DNA of 64,000 nucleotides from Tannerellaceae bacterium (GTDB taxonomy: Bacteria; Bacteroidota; Bacteroidia; Bacteroidales; CAMTPD01). The position numbers were made by a program, and so were the translations under genes. The notes under the pieces were generated by a model. It ran no database searches and was not told the origin of the DNA. It was given only the letters and a program-made list of their open reading frames with translations. The DNA lies in the NCBI GenBank assembly GCA_051660585.1, contig JBOFPV010000136.1, positions 16,177 to 80,176 of the forward strand, written 5' to 3'. Positions 9,133 through 17,570 of the stretch are shown in pieces. Each line of letters starts with the position of its first letter. The first letter of the stretch is position 1.

Positions 9133-10010
9133 TGAAAAGAATTGAAATGAATAAAATCGAAATAGCAGGTATTAAAAGAGCAAATCAGTTTTCACCCAAT
9201 CATATCGATAACGATGCTGCCATATTCAATATGTCGGCCAATTATCTGCGTGAAAAGGGATTTGTTGTAAATGAATATACCGAAGACGAATTTTTAAACT
9301 CCGACATAAAGGAGGAGTTTATCTTTAATATGGTTCGAGATTGGAGAAGCATCAAGAAGCTTCAACAGCTTGAATCAAATGGTGCAGTTGTTGTAAACTC
9401 CGGATTCGGAATCGAAAACTGTACGCGCGAAAAGATGACACGCTTGTTGATGACTAACAATGTGCCACATCCCGAATCCATTATCAAAAAGACAAACTTC
9501 GAGTCGACACACGATCTGGAAGAATTGGGCTTTTCTGATTGTTGGATCAAACGCGGCGATTTTCATGCCGTGCAAAAAGAAGACGTGACTTATGCTCGCT
9601 CTATCGACGAAGCTCGTAGTGTGTTGCGTCAATATGCGATGCGTGGTATCGAAACAGCTGTAATCAACGAGCACTTGGTGGGCGACCTTGTAAAGTTTTA
9701 CGGAGTAGTTGGCACCGATTATTTCTATTGGTTTTATCCAAGTGATATCAAGCACAGCAAGTTCGGCCTTGAGAAAATCAACGGAATTGCCTGTGGTTAT
9801 AAATTTAGCGAAAGTTATTTGAAAGATATTTGTACGCAAGCGGCACAAGTGTTGCGTGTACACATTTACGGAGGCGACTGTGTGGTGGCCGAAGATGGAA
9901 CCATACGCATTATAGACTTTAACGACTGGCCTAGTTTTGCTCCATGCCGAGATACGGCGGCTCCGATGATTGCAGAATGCATTCAGAGCGTGATCTTAAA
10001 TAGTTTATAA
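9132..10010 (+). CDS. ATP-grasp-like protein of unknown substrate
   Basis: Start overlaps the upstream stop (TAATG). Motifs WIKRGDFH, EHLVGDLVKFYGV and IRIIDFNDWPSF match ATP-grasp Lys / Glu / DxN metal-site positions. Confidence 0.55.
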   Translation: MKRIEMNKIEIAGIKRANQFSPNHIDNDAAIFNMSANYLREKGFVVNEYTEDEFLNSDIKEEFIFNMVRDWRSIKKLQQLESNGAVVVNSGFGIENCTREKMTRLLMTNNVPHPESIIKKTNFESTHDLEELGFSDCWIKRGDFHAVQKEDVTYARSIDEARSVLRQYAMRGIETAVINEHLVGDLVKFYGVVGTDYFYWFYPSDIKHSKFGLEKINGIACGYKFSESYLKDICTQAAQVLRVHIYGGDCVVAEDGTIRIIDFNDWPSFAPCRDTAAPMIAECIQSVILNSL

Positions 10011-10041
10011 TATCATACGTCAACTAACGAACGTAGAACCA

Positions 10042-10962
10042 ATGAGTACAGAAACAACAAAACCTTCTTTGGAGTCGACACTAAAGTCGATGGATACGGA
10101 AGAATTTATAGATATTCATTTTTATAGACCCATCGGTTATCGTTGGGCTCTCTTTTTTGATAAACTGAATATATCTCCCAATACGGTAACGATTTTGGGA
10201 ATCTTTATCGGTGTTGCTGCCGGTATTTGTTTTTATTTCAACGATTTGTCGATTAATGTATTGGGGATGCTTCTCTTGATATGGGCAAACTCATACGATA
10301 GTGCCGACGGACAACTTGCTCGAATGACGGGTAAGAAGTCGCCCATTGGTCGCATTCTGGATGGCCTCTGCGGTGATTTTTGGTTTATCACCATTTATGT
10401 GGCAATTTGCTTACGATTAATGCCCGAATGGGGCTGGTGGATTTGGGTGTTGGCAGCAGCTGCCGGACTTTCTCACCGCAAACAAGCTGCTCTAGCCGAT
10501 TATTACCGCAACTTACATTTGTTGTTTTTGAAGGGAAAATCAGGAAGTGAACTTGAAAACTCAGTGCAATTGAAGCAGAAATATAAAACGCTTACCTGGA
10601 AAGACAACTTTATTCCGAAGCTATTTGATACATTCTATATCAAATATACAGAGGTGCAAGAGGGGGAAACTCCCAATATGCAGCGAATGATGCATATTAT
10701 CCATGAAAAATATGGAGAGAATGCTCCCGAATGGTTTCGCACCGAGTTTCGCTCCTATAGTCTTCCTTTGATGAAGTATACAAATATGCTATCGTTCAAT
10801 ACACGTGTAATTGCTTTGTTTGTATCTCTATTGATAAATGAACCTTGGCTTTACTTTGTATTTGAACTAACTGTGCTTAACGGTATGTTGATCTACATGA
10901 AAATGACACACGAACGGTTTTGTGCCAAATTAAGCTGCAAACTGGAAGGAGAAACAAAGTGA
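10042..10962 (+). CDS. CDP-alcohol phosphatidyltransferase family membrane protein
   Basis: YDSADGQLARMTGKKSPIGRILDGLCGD fits DxxDGxxAR-x8-GxxxD, then D at +5. Multiple TM segments. Confidence 0.85.
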   Translation: MSTETTKPSLESTLKSMDTEEFIDIHFYRPIGYRWALFFDKLNISPNTVTILGIFIGVAAGICFYFNDLSINVLGMLLLIWANSYDSADGQLARMTGKKSPIGRILDGLCGDFWFITIYVAICLRLMPEWGWWIWVLAAAAGLSHRKQAALADYYRNLHLLFLKGKSGSELENSVQLKQKYKTLTWKDNFIPKLFDTFYIKYTEVQEGETPNMQRMMHIIHEKYGENAPEWFRTEFRSYSLPLMKYTNMLSFNTRVIALFVSLLINEPWLYFVFELTVLNGMLIYMKMTHERFCAKLSCKLEGETK

Positions 10963-12002
10963 AAAAATCAGCGATTGTAAATAATATTCTTTTCGCTATC
11001 GGGATCTTGGCCGTTGGAGTCATGGTTGCCAATATTGGCTGGCAGTCTATTTTGAAAAACATAGAAGACACCGGTTGGTGGTTTCTTGCCGTTCTTGCAG
11101 TATGGTTGGTCGTGTATGTATTGAATGCCCTGTCGTGGCGTTTGATTATACGCAACAATTGCGAAGAGGCGAAACGCATTCCATTTCTATATATCCTGAA
11201 ACTTACGATTACCGGATATGCGATTAATTGTTCTACACCGGTAGGACTGATGGGCGGAGAGCCGTATCGCATTCTGGAATTGAAGAAATATGTAGGTGCT
11301 ACCAAAGCTACATCATCGGTTATTCTTTATTCGATGATGCATGTGGTATCTCACTTTTTACTCTGGATGATATCTGTTTTACTTATCGCCGTAACCATTC
11401 CGATGGACGAAGGACTGATTGGCACGCTGGTGGGTGTATTTACCGTATGCATGGCTTTGCTTGTCCTTTTTTTTAAGGGCTATAAGAAGGGGATGGTCGT
11501 GAAGGTATTTACCTTGTTGCGCAAACTTCCTTATGTGAAGAAGTGGGCAGTGAAGTTTTATGAAAACAATGAAGAGAAGTTGCAGATTATAGATGAGCAG
11601 ATTGCTCACTTGCATGGCAATCAAAAACGACGCTTCTATAGTTCGCTCGGACTCGAGTTATTGGCTCGCGTGGTGGGTTGTTTAGAGATTTACTTTATTG
11701 TGCAAGCAATGGGCTTCGATATCACATTTATTGATAGTGTAATCGTTGTTGCTTTTTCATCCTTGTTTGCAAATATCTTGTTCTTCTCGCCTATGCAATT
11801 GGGTACGCGCGAGGGGGGATATATTTTGGCACTCAAGCTGCTTGCTTTGCCGGCCAATTTAGGTTTTTCCGTGAGTATCATAACCCGTATTCGCGAATTG
11901 TTTTGGATTGCGTTGGGTATGATGATTATGAAATTACAACCAGATGCGAGCAGTTTGCCTACACTGGAAGAAACACCATTAAATGTTGAAGAAAATGTTT
12001 GA
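10959..12002 (+). CDS. UPF0104 / LPG_synthase_TM (MprF flippase-like) membrane protein
   Basis: GTG start in a GTGA overlap with the upstream stop. Polytopic, with a GLMGGEPYRI motif typical of flippase-like domain proteins. Confidence 0.65.
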   Translation: MKKSAIVNNILFAIGILAVGVMVANIGWQSILKNIEDTGWWFLAVLAVWLVVYVLNALSWRLIIRNNCEEAKRIPFLYILKLTITGYAINCSTPVGLMGGEPYRILELKKYVGATKATSSVILYSMMHVVSHFLLWMISVLLIAVTIPMDEGLIGTLVGVFTVCMALLVLFFKGYKKGMVVKVFTLLRKLPYVKKWAVKFYENNEEKLQIIDEQIAHLHGNQKRRFYSSLGLELLARVVGCLEIYFIVQAMGFDITFIDSVIVVAFSSLFANILFFSPMQLGTREGGYILALKLLALPANLGFSVSIITRIRELFWIALGMMIMKLQPDASSLPTLEETPLNVEENV

Positions 12003-12717
12003 TTTAAATAAAATAAAGGGAATAATATTTGATTACGGTGGTACGATTGATAGCAATGGTATGCACTGGGCAGAAGTATTGTGGAAAGCATATCAGGAAG
12101 TGAAAGTGCCTGTGTCATACGAGGTTTTTCGTAATGCATACGTGCATGGTGAACGCACATTGGCTCGTGTTCCTATTATAAAGCCCGAGCATACCTTCTT
12201 GGATGTACTGAAGTTGAAGACGGAAATTCAAATTAACTGGCTTATTGAAAACGGTTTTTTGGTAAACGAAAACAAAAGTTTTGAATATTCTCTTGCGATT
12301 TCCAATCTATGTTATACCTTTGTTCGCGATGTACATAAGATTGCTATACCTATTTTAGAGGAATTAAAACAACGCTATCCTATTGTAATGGTATCTAATT
12401 TTTATGGAAATCTTGAAACAGTATTGAAGGACTTTGGGCTATATGGCTACTTTGATGAAATTGTAGAATCTGCTGTAGTAGGCGTTCGTAAACCGGATGC
12501 TGCCATATTCGCTTTAGGCGTAAATAAGTTTGAGTTTAAACCAGGAGAACTTGTCGTAATCGGCGATTCATATACCAAAGATATTGTTCCGGCAACCCAA
12601 ATCGGATGCCAAACCATTTGGCTCAAGGGCAAAGGCTGGGGCGATGAAAAAGAAGGTGCAACAGCTGATGTTGTAATCACTAATTTTTCTGACCTTAAAG
12701 AAGTATTCAATTTATAA
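11983..12717 (+). CDS. HAD-superfamily hydrolase (subfamily IA-like), atypical motif I
   Basis: Motif I is FDYGGT (Asp+2 is Gly), motif III is VRKPD, motif IV is GDSYTKD. The alternative ATG at 11995 also overlaps the upstream stop. Confidence 0.75.
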   Translation: MLKKMFDLNKIKGIIFDYGGTIDSNGMHWAEVLWKAYQEVKVPVSYEVFRNAYVHGERTLARVPIIKPEHTFLDVLKLKTEIQINWLIENGFLVNENKSFEYSLAISNLCYTFVRDVHKIAIPILEELKQRYPIVMVSNFYGNLETVLKDFGLYGYFDEIVESAVVGVRKPDAAIFALGVNKFEFKPGELVVIGDSYTKDIVPATQIGCQTIWLKGKGWGDEKEGATADVVITNFSDLKEVFNL

Positions 12718-12776
12718 ACACGACTGATATTGTTGATTCAGCCGAAATAAAATAATATAGATATAAACGTTTTATT

Positions 12777-14075
12777 ATGGAAAAGATTCAAGTCAAAGAA
12801 GCTAAAGGTAAACTTGGCGTTCTTGTTGTAGGTGTTGGAGGCGCAGTTGCTTCTACGTTTATCGCAGGTACATTAGCTGTACGCAAAGGCGTAGGTCTAC
12901 CTATTGGTTCTATAACTCAGTTGGCTACTATGCGTTTAGGCAAACGTGAAGAAAACCGTTTCCCTAAAATTAAGGATGTAGTACCTTTGGCAGATCTTAA
13001 CGATATTGCTTTTGGCGGTTGGGATATCTTCGAAGATAACATCTACGAAGCAGCAAGACACGCAGAAGTATTGACAGTAGAAGATCTAGATAAAGTTAAG
13101 GAAGAGCTTTCGTCAATCAAACCAATGAAAGCTGTTTTCGATCAAAACTACGTGAAGCGTTTGCATGGTACTTGGGTAAAAGCTGCTCCAACTAAAATGG
13201 AATTGGCAGAACAAGTACGTCAAGATATTCGTGATTTCAAAGCAGCAAACAACTGTGACCGTGCCGTTATGATCTGGTGTGGTAGTACAGAAGTTTTCTT
13301 GCAAATGGAAGAAATCCACAAAGATTTGGCTAAATTTGAGCAAGGTCTTAAAGACAACAGCGACTTGATCGCTCCATCTATGATTTATGCTTACGCTGCA
13401 TTGAGCGAAAACGTAGCATATATCAACGGTGCGCCAAACTTGACTGTAGATATGCCTGCAATTTGGGATCTTTCAGCGAAAAACAATGTTCCAATTTGTG
13501 GTAAAGACTTCAAAACAGGTCAAACAATGTTGAAAACAGTTCTTTCTCCAATGTTGAAAACTCGTATGTTGGGATTGAGCGGATGGTTCTCTACAAATAT
13601 TCTTGGTAACAGAGACGGTGAAGTGCTTGATGATCCGGGTTCTTTCAAAACAAAAGAAGAAAGTAAACTATCGGTTATCGATAACATCCTTCAACCGGAA
13701 CTTTACCCAGAACTTTATGGTAACGTATACCACAAAGTAAGAATCAACTACTATCCACCTCGCAAAGACAACAAAGAAGGTTGGGACAATATCGACTTGT
13801 TTGGTTGGTTGGGTTATCCAATGCAATTGAAAGTGGATTTCCTTTGCCGTGACTCTATCTTGGCTGCACCTTTGTGTCTTGACTTGGTATTGTTTACTGA
13901 CTTGGCTGCAAGATGTGGCTTTAGTGGTATCCAAAGCTGGTTGTCATTCTACTTCAAGAGTCCAATGCACGACTTCGAGCATATTGCTGAACACGATTTG
14001 TTTATCCAATCTGTGAAGTTGAAAAATACACTTCGCAAAATCATTGGCGAGGAGACAATGGACTATATTGATTAA
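12777..14075 (+). CDS. ino1: myo-inositol-1-phosphate (inositol-3-phosphate) synthase
   Basis: 432 aa. N-terminal NAD-binding GVLVVGVGGAVAST and NILGNRDG, matching the LGNNDG-type MIPS motif. Confidence 0.9.
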   Translation: MEKIQVKEAKGKLGVLVVGVGGAVASTFIAGTLAVRKGVGLPIGSITQLATMRLGKREENRFPKIKDVVPLADLNDIAFGGWDIFEDNIYEAARHAEVLTVEDLDKVKEELSSIKPMKAVFDQNYVKRLHGTWVKAAPTKMELAEQVRQDIRDFKAANNCDRAVMIWCGSTEVFLQMEEIHKDLAKFEQGLKDNSDLIAPSMIYAYAALSENVAYINGAPNLTVDMPAIWDLSAKNNVPICGKDFKTGQTMLKTVLSPMLKTRMLGLSGWFSTNILGNRDGEVLDDPGSFKTKEESKLSVIDNILQPELYPELYGNVYHKVRINYYPPRKDNKEGWDNIDLFGWLGYPMQLKVDFLCRDSILAAPLCLDLVLFTDLAARCGFSGIQSWLSFYFKSPMHDFEHIAEHDLFIQSVKLKNTLRKIIGEETMDYID

Positions 14076-14097
14076 TTCAATACAATAAAAATATCAT

Positions 14098-14135
14098 GAA
14101 GGTGTGTTAGAGGTGTTAGCCTCTAATGCACCTTC
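14098..14135 (+). terminator. Two-part hairpin after the MIPS gene
   Basis: gaaggtg-tg-ttagagg / cctctaa-tg-caccttc, followed by ttgttt. Confidence 0.5.
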
Positions 14136-14152
14136 TTGTTTACTATAACAAT

Positions 14153-14983
14153 ATGAAAGATAAATTAATTAGTACAGATGATTTAAAAAAGTTACATCCT
14201 GCGCTTAGAGGAAAGCATGGTGATTTGTTGTTGAAAATCGCGTCGAAAGTGGCAGGGGTTGATAAGGCAAATCGAGTATATGATGATTCTAAACATCTAG
14301 TGGGATTGCCTTTTGTTAATCATTTATTAGATGGATTGGGGATTAAGAGAATTGTTGATAATCCCGAAGCCTTACAAAATTTACCGGAAGGTGCATTTAT
14401 TACTGTATCGAATCACCCATATGGACATGTCGATGGCATTACTGCTATTAGCATAATGGGAGAGCAGCGAAACGATTATAAAATGATGGTAAACTGGCTT
14501 TTGAGTAACGTAGACTGCATGGAAGAGTACTTCATTGGAGTGAATCCTTTTCAGGGAGGAAAACTGTCTGCTCGTTCTAGTGTAGCAGGGGTGAAGCAAT
14601 GTATGGCACATATCAAAGAAGGTCATCCGCTTGGTTTTTTTCCTGCCGGTGCCGTTTCGAAAAATAAAATAACGCACATTGAAGATCGAGAGTGGCAGCC
14701 AACGGTTGTAAAACTAATTAAGAATGCACGAGTACCTGTAGTACCGATGTATTTTACCGGTTCTAATTCATGGTTCTTCAATTTCTTGGATTTGATCGAT
14801 TGGCGTTTGCGATCGCTCAGATTGGCCCATGAGTTTCACAACAAGCAAGGGCATGAGATTCATATTCGCTTTGGTGAAGTGATTACACCCGAAGAACAAG
14901 ATCAGTACAAGGATGTAAAAGCTTTTGGTCAATTTTTGAAAGATAAAACATACCAATTAGCAGGTAAAAAGTATAAAAAGTAG
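14153..14983 (+). CDS. PlsC-like (lysophospholipid) acyltransferase family protein
   Basis: ATG at 14153 lies after the hairpin; the 14126 start would lie inside it. VSNHPYGHVDG block and FPAGAVS motif are typical of glycerolipid/aminolipid O-acyltransferases. Confidence 0.6.
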   Translation: MKDKLISTDDLKKLHPALRGKHGDLLLKIASKVAGVDKANRVYDDSKHLVGLPFVNHLLDGLGIKRIVDNPEALQNLPEGAFITVSNHPYGHVDGITAISIMGEQRNDYKMMVNWLLSNVDCMEEYFIGVNPFQGGKLSARSSVAGVKQCMAHIKEGHPLGFFPAGAVSKNKITHIEDREWQPTVVKLIKNARVPVVPMYFTGSNSWFFNFLDLIDWRLRSLRLAHEFHNKQGHEIHIRFGEVITPEEQDQYKDVKAFGQFLKDKTYQLAGKKYKK

Positions 14984-15069
14984 AGGTAGCGCAGGTTTCG
15001 ATTCTTTATTTCGAAAAATGATTTGTAGTTTTGTCATATTGAACTGAAAGATTTACAGGAAAAACGGAT

Positions 15070-16290
15070 ATGGTAAATAAAGTTGATACAAAACAAGTAA
15101 AGCAACGCTTTGGCATTATTGGTAATAATGCTGCATTAGACAGAGCGATTGAAGTGGCGTTGCAGGTTGCGGCAACAGATCTTTCTGTTTTAATTACCGG
15201 TGAAAGTGGAGTAGGTAAAGAGACATTCCCACAAATTATACATCAATATAGCGCACGAAAACACGGACAATACATTGCCGTAAACTGTGGTGCAATACCT
15301 GAAGGAACAATAGACTCTGAGCTTTTTGGTCATGAAAAAGGGTCCTTTACGGGAGCTTTGTCTGATCGTAAAGGTTATTTTGAAGTGGCCGATGGTGGTA
15401 CCATCTTTTTAGATGAGGTGGGAGAGCTCCCGGTTCCTACACAAGCACGCTTGCTACGTATTTTAGAATCGGGCGAGTTTATTAAGGTGGGTTCTTCTAA
15501 AGTTTTGAAGACGAATGTTCGTATTGTTGCTGCAACCAATGTAAATATGTTGAAAGCAGTAAAGGAAGGTAAATTCAGAGAGGATTTATACTACCGACTC
15601 AATACAGTGCCCATTCAAGTGCCGCCTTTGCGTGATCGACGCGAAGATATTGTGCTGCTGTTTCGTAAGTTTGCGGCCGATTGTGCTGAAAAATATAGAA
15701 TGCCAACTGTGCGTTTATCCGATGATGCAAAAGAAGCATTGATGGCTTATCGCTGGCCGGGCAATGTGAGGGAGTTGAAAAATCTTACGGAACGAATTTC
15801 CGTAATTGAACCCAATAGAGAGATTACCGCTTTTGAATTAAGAAAATATTTGCCCGAAGCTGAAGCTACACATTTACCGGTTTTGGTTCCGAAACAAGAG
15901 GATCAAAAGATGTTTAACAACGAGCGAGAGATTTTATATCAAGTATTGTTTGATATGAAGAAGGATGTAAACGATCTAAAGAAGCTCGTGCATGAGATTA
16001 TGTCGGGCAATGTCGCTGTTTCGCAAGAACAAAGTTATACACCGGCTTCCACTAATATGCATCATGCTCCGGCTCCGATTCATTCACAGCCAATTCATTC
16101 ACAACCGATTCATCACATTGAAGAACCGGAGGAATATGTAGAAGAATCTCTTTCGCTGGAGGATGTAGAAAAAGAAATGATAAAAAAAGCATTGGAACGC
16201 CATGGTGGAAAGCGTAAAAATGCGGCAAATGATCTAAAGATCTCTGAACGAACTTTGTATCGAAAAATTAAAGAATATAATCTCGACTAG
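15070..16290 (+). CDS. Sigma-54-dependent transcriptional activator (AAA+ plus Fis-type HTH) without an N-terminal sensory domain
   Basis: Walker A GESGVGKE, GSFTGA loop, RWPGNVREL, and C-terminal HTH ISERTLYRKIKEY. The AAA+ domain begins within about 15 residues of the start. Confidence 0.85.
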   Translation: MVNKVDTKQVKQRFGIIGNNAALDRAIEVALQVAATDLSVLITGESGVGKETFPQIIHQYSARKHGQYIAVNCGAIPEGTIDSELFGHEKGSFTGALSDRKGYFEVADGGTIFLDEVGELPVPTQARLLRILESGEFIKVGSSKVLKTNVRIVAATNVNMLKAVKEGKFREDLYYRLNTVPIQVPPLRDRREDIVLLFRKFAADCAEKYRMPTVRLSDDAKEALMAYRWPGNVRELKNLTERISVIEPNREITAFELRKYLPEAEATHLPVLVPKQEDQKMFNNEREILYQVLFDMKKDVNDLKKLVHEIMSGNVAVSQEQSYTPASTNMHHAPAPIHSQPIHSQPIHHIEEPEEYVEESLSLEDVEKEMIKKALERHGGKRKNAANDLKISERTLYRKIKEYNLD

Positions 16291-16302
16291 TTACAATTGA
16301 AT

Positions 16303-16806
16303 ATGAATAGATATATTTTGTGTTTGATCTCATTGGTAATTTTAGCAAGTTGCTCTATATCTTACAAATTTAATGGAGCATCAATCGATTACACAAAGAT
16401 TAAGACAATCACGATAAAAGAGTTTCCAAATCAAGCACCTTTGGTATATCCTCCTTTGTCTCAGATGTTCTCTGAGGCATTGATCGATATCTTTACTACA
16501 CAAACACGCTTGTCGTTTGTTCCCAATAACGGTGATATTGAATTGGAAGGGGAGATTGTAGGTTACGATTTAACACCGCAAAATGTGCAAGCTGATGCTT
16601 ATGCGGCTGTAACTCGCTTGACTGTGAAAGTACGTGTGCGATATACGAACCGAAACAATCCGGATCAGGATTTTGAGCAAACGTTCTCTGCATATCGTGA
16701 TTTTGACAGTTCGCAATCGCTCGATTCGGTACAAGATGAACTGTTGCGAGAAATTGATAAGGAGCTTTGTGAGCTTATTTATAACGCAACGGTCGGTAAC
16801 TGGTAA
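16303..16806 (+). CDS. lptE: LptE-like LPS-assembly lipoprotein
   Basis: Lipobox ILASCS, about 167 aa, and a conserved position after the sigma-54 activator in Bacteroidota. ATG at 16303 is preferred over TTG at 16297. Confidence 0.6.
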   Translation: MNRYILCLISLVILASCSISYKFNGASIDYTKIKTITIKEFPNQAPLVYPPLSQMFSEALIDIFTTQTRLSFVPNNGDIELEGEIVGYDLTPQNVQADAYAAVTRLTVKVRVRYTNRNNPDQDFEQTFSAYRDFDSSQSLDSVQDELLREIDKELCELIYNATVGNW

Positions 16807-16815
16807 TAGGGCTTT

Positions 16816-17568
16816 ATGACAACCAATGAACTTTATGCTTTACTAAAGACTCCGTCTTTGCTTAATGCTAAAACGCTGCCCGAATTGAAGGAGCTTTTAA
16901 CAATGTTTCCTTATTTTCAGGTAGTGAAGATGCTTTATTTAAAGAATTTGCGTCTTTTAAACGATCCCGTATTCGCAGATGAATTGAAGCGCTTGGCTGT
17001 GGGAATTACAGACCGACGTAAGCTTTTTATGCTGATCGAAGGGGAGCGCTTTTTGCAATATCCGAAACTTACTCAACTTACTCAAAACGATCGTGAGGGT
17101 TTTTCTTTAATTGAAGATTTTCTTACGGCTCGTAATGTGCCCGAAGCAGAAGCTTTGTCTCTCGAAAATGAAGCGTTGGCTGCTTCTGTGTCAAATGATT
17201 ATCTGTTTTGGAGTGGTGATAAGGCGGCGGAGCGTGAGTCTTCTGAAGTGGTAGATAATAAGATGCAGCATCAGGATTTGATAGACTCTTTTATCTCTAC
17301 AGATGAGACAAACTTTAAGTTTTCATTTGAAGAAGAGGAAGACGAGTCTTGTGTAGAAGTGGAGCACCAAGAGGATGTCCCAGAAAGTCAGGAAGATGAC
17401 TTTTTTACTGAAACATTGGCTCGAATCTACATAAAACAGAAAAGATATGAAAAAGCACTGGAAATAATTAAAAAGCTAAGTTTGAAATATCCCGAAAAAA
17501 ATGTTTACTTTGCAGACCAGATTCATTTCTTGGAGAATTTGATTATTAACAGTAAAAATAAGCTATAA
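16816..17568 (+). CDS. Hypothetical protein with acidic linker and C-terminal TPR-like helix pair
   Basis: Clean ORF tightly packed between lptE and secG. C-terminal segment LARIYIKQKRYEKALEIIKKLSLKYPEK. Confidence 0.5.
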   Translation: MTTNELYALLKTPSLLNAKTLPELKELLTMFPYFQVVKMLYLKNLRLLNDPVFADELKRLAVGITDRRKLFMLIEGERFLQYPKLTQLTQNDREGFSLIEDFLTARNVPEAEALSLENEALAASVSNDYLFWSGDKAAERESSEVVDNKMQHQDLIDSFISTDETNFKFSFEEEEDESCVEVEHQEDVPESQEDDFFTETLARIYIKQKRYEKALEIIKKLSLKYPEKNVYFADQIHFLENLIINSKNKL

Positions 17569-17570
17569 AG

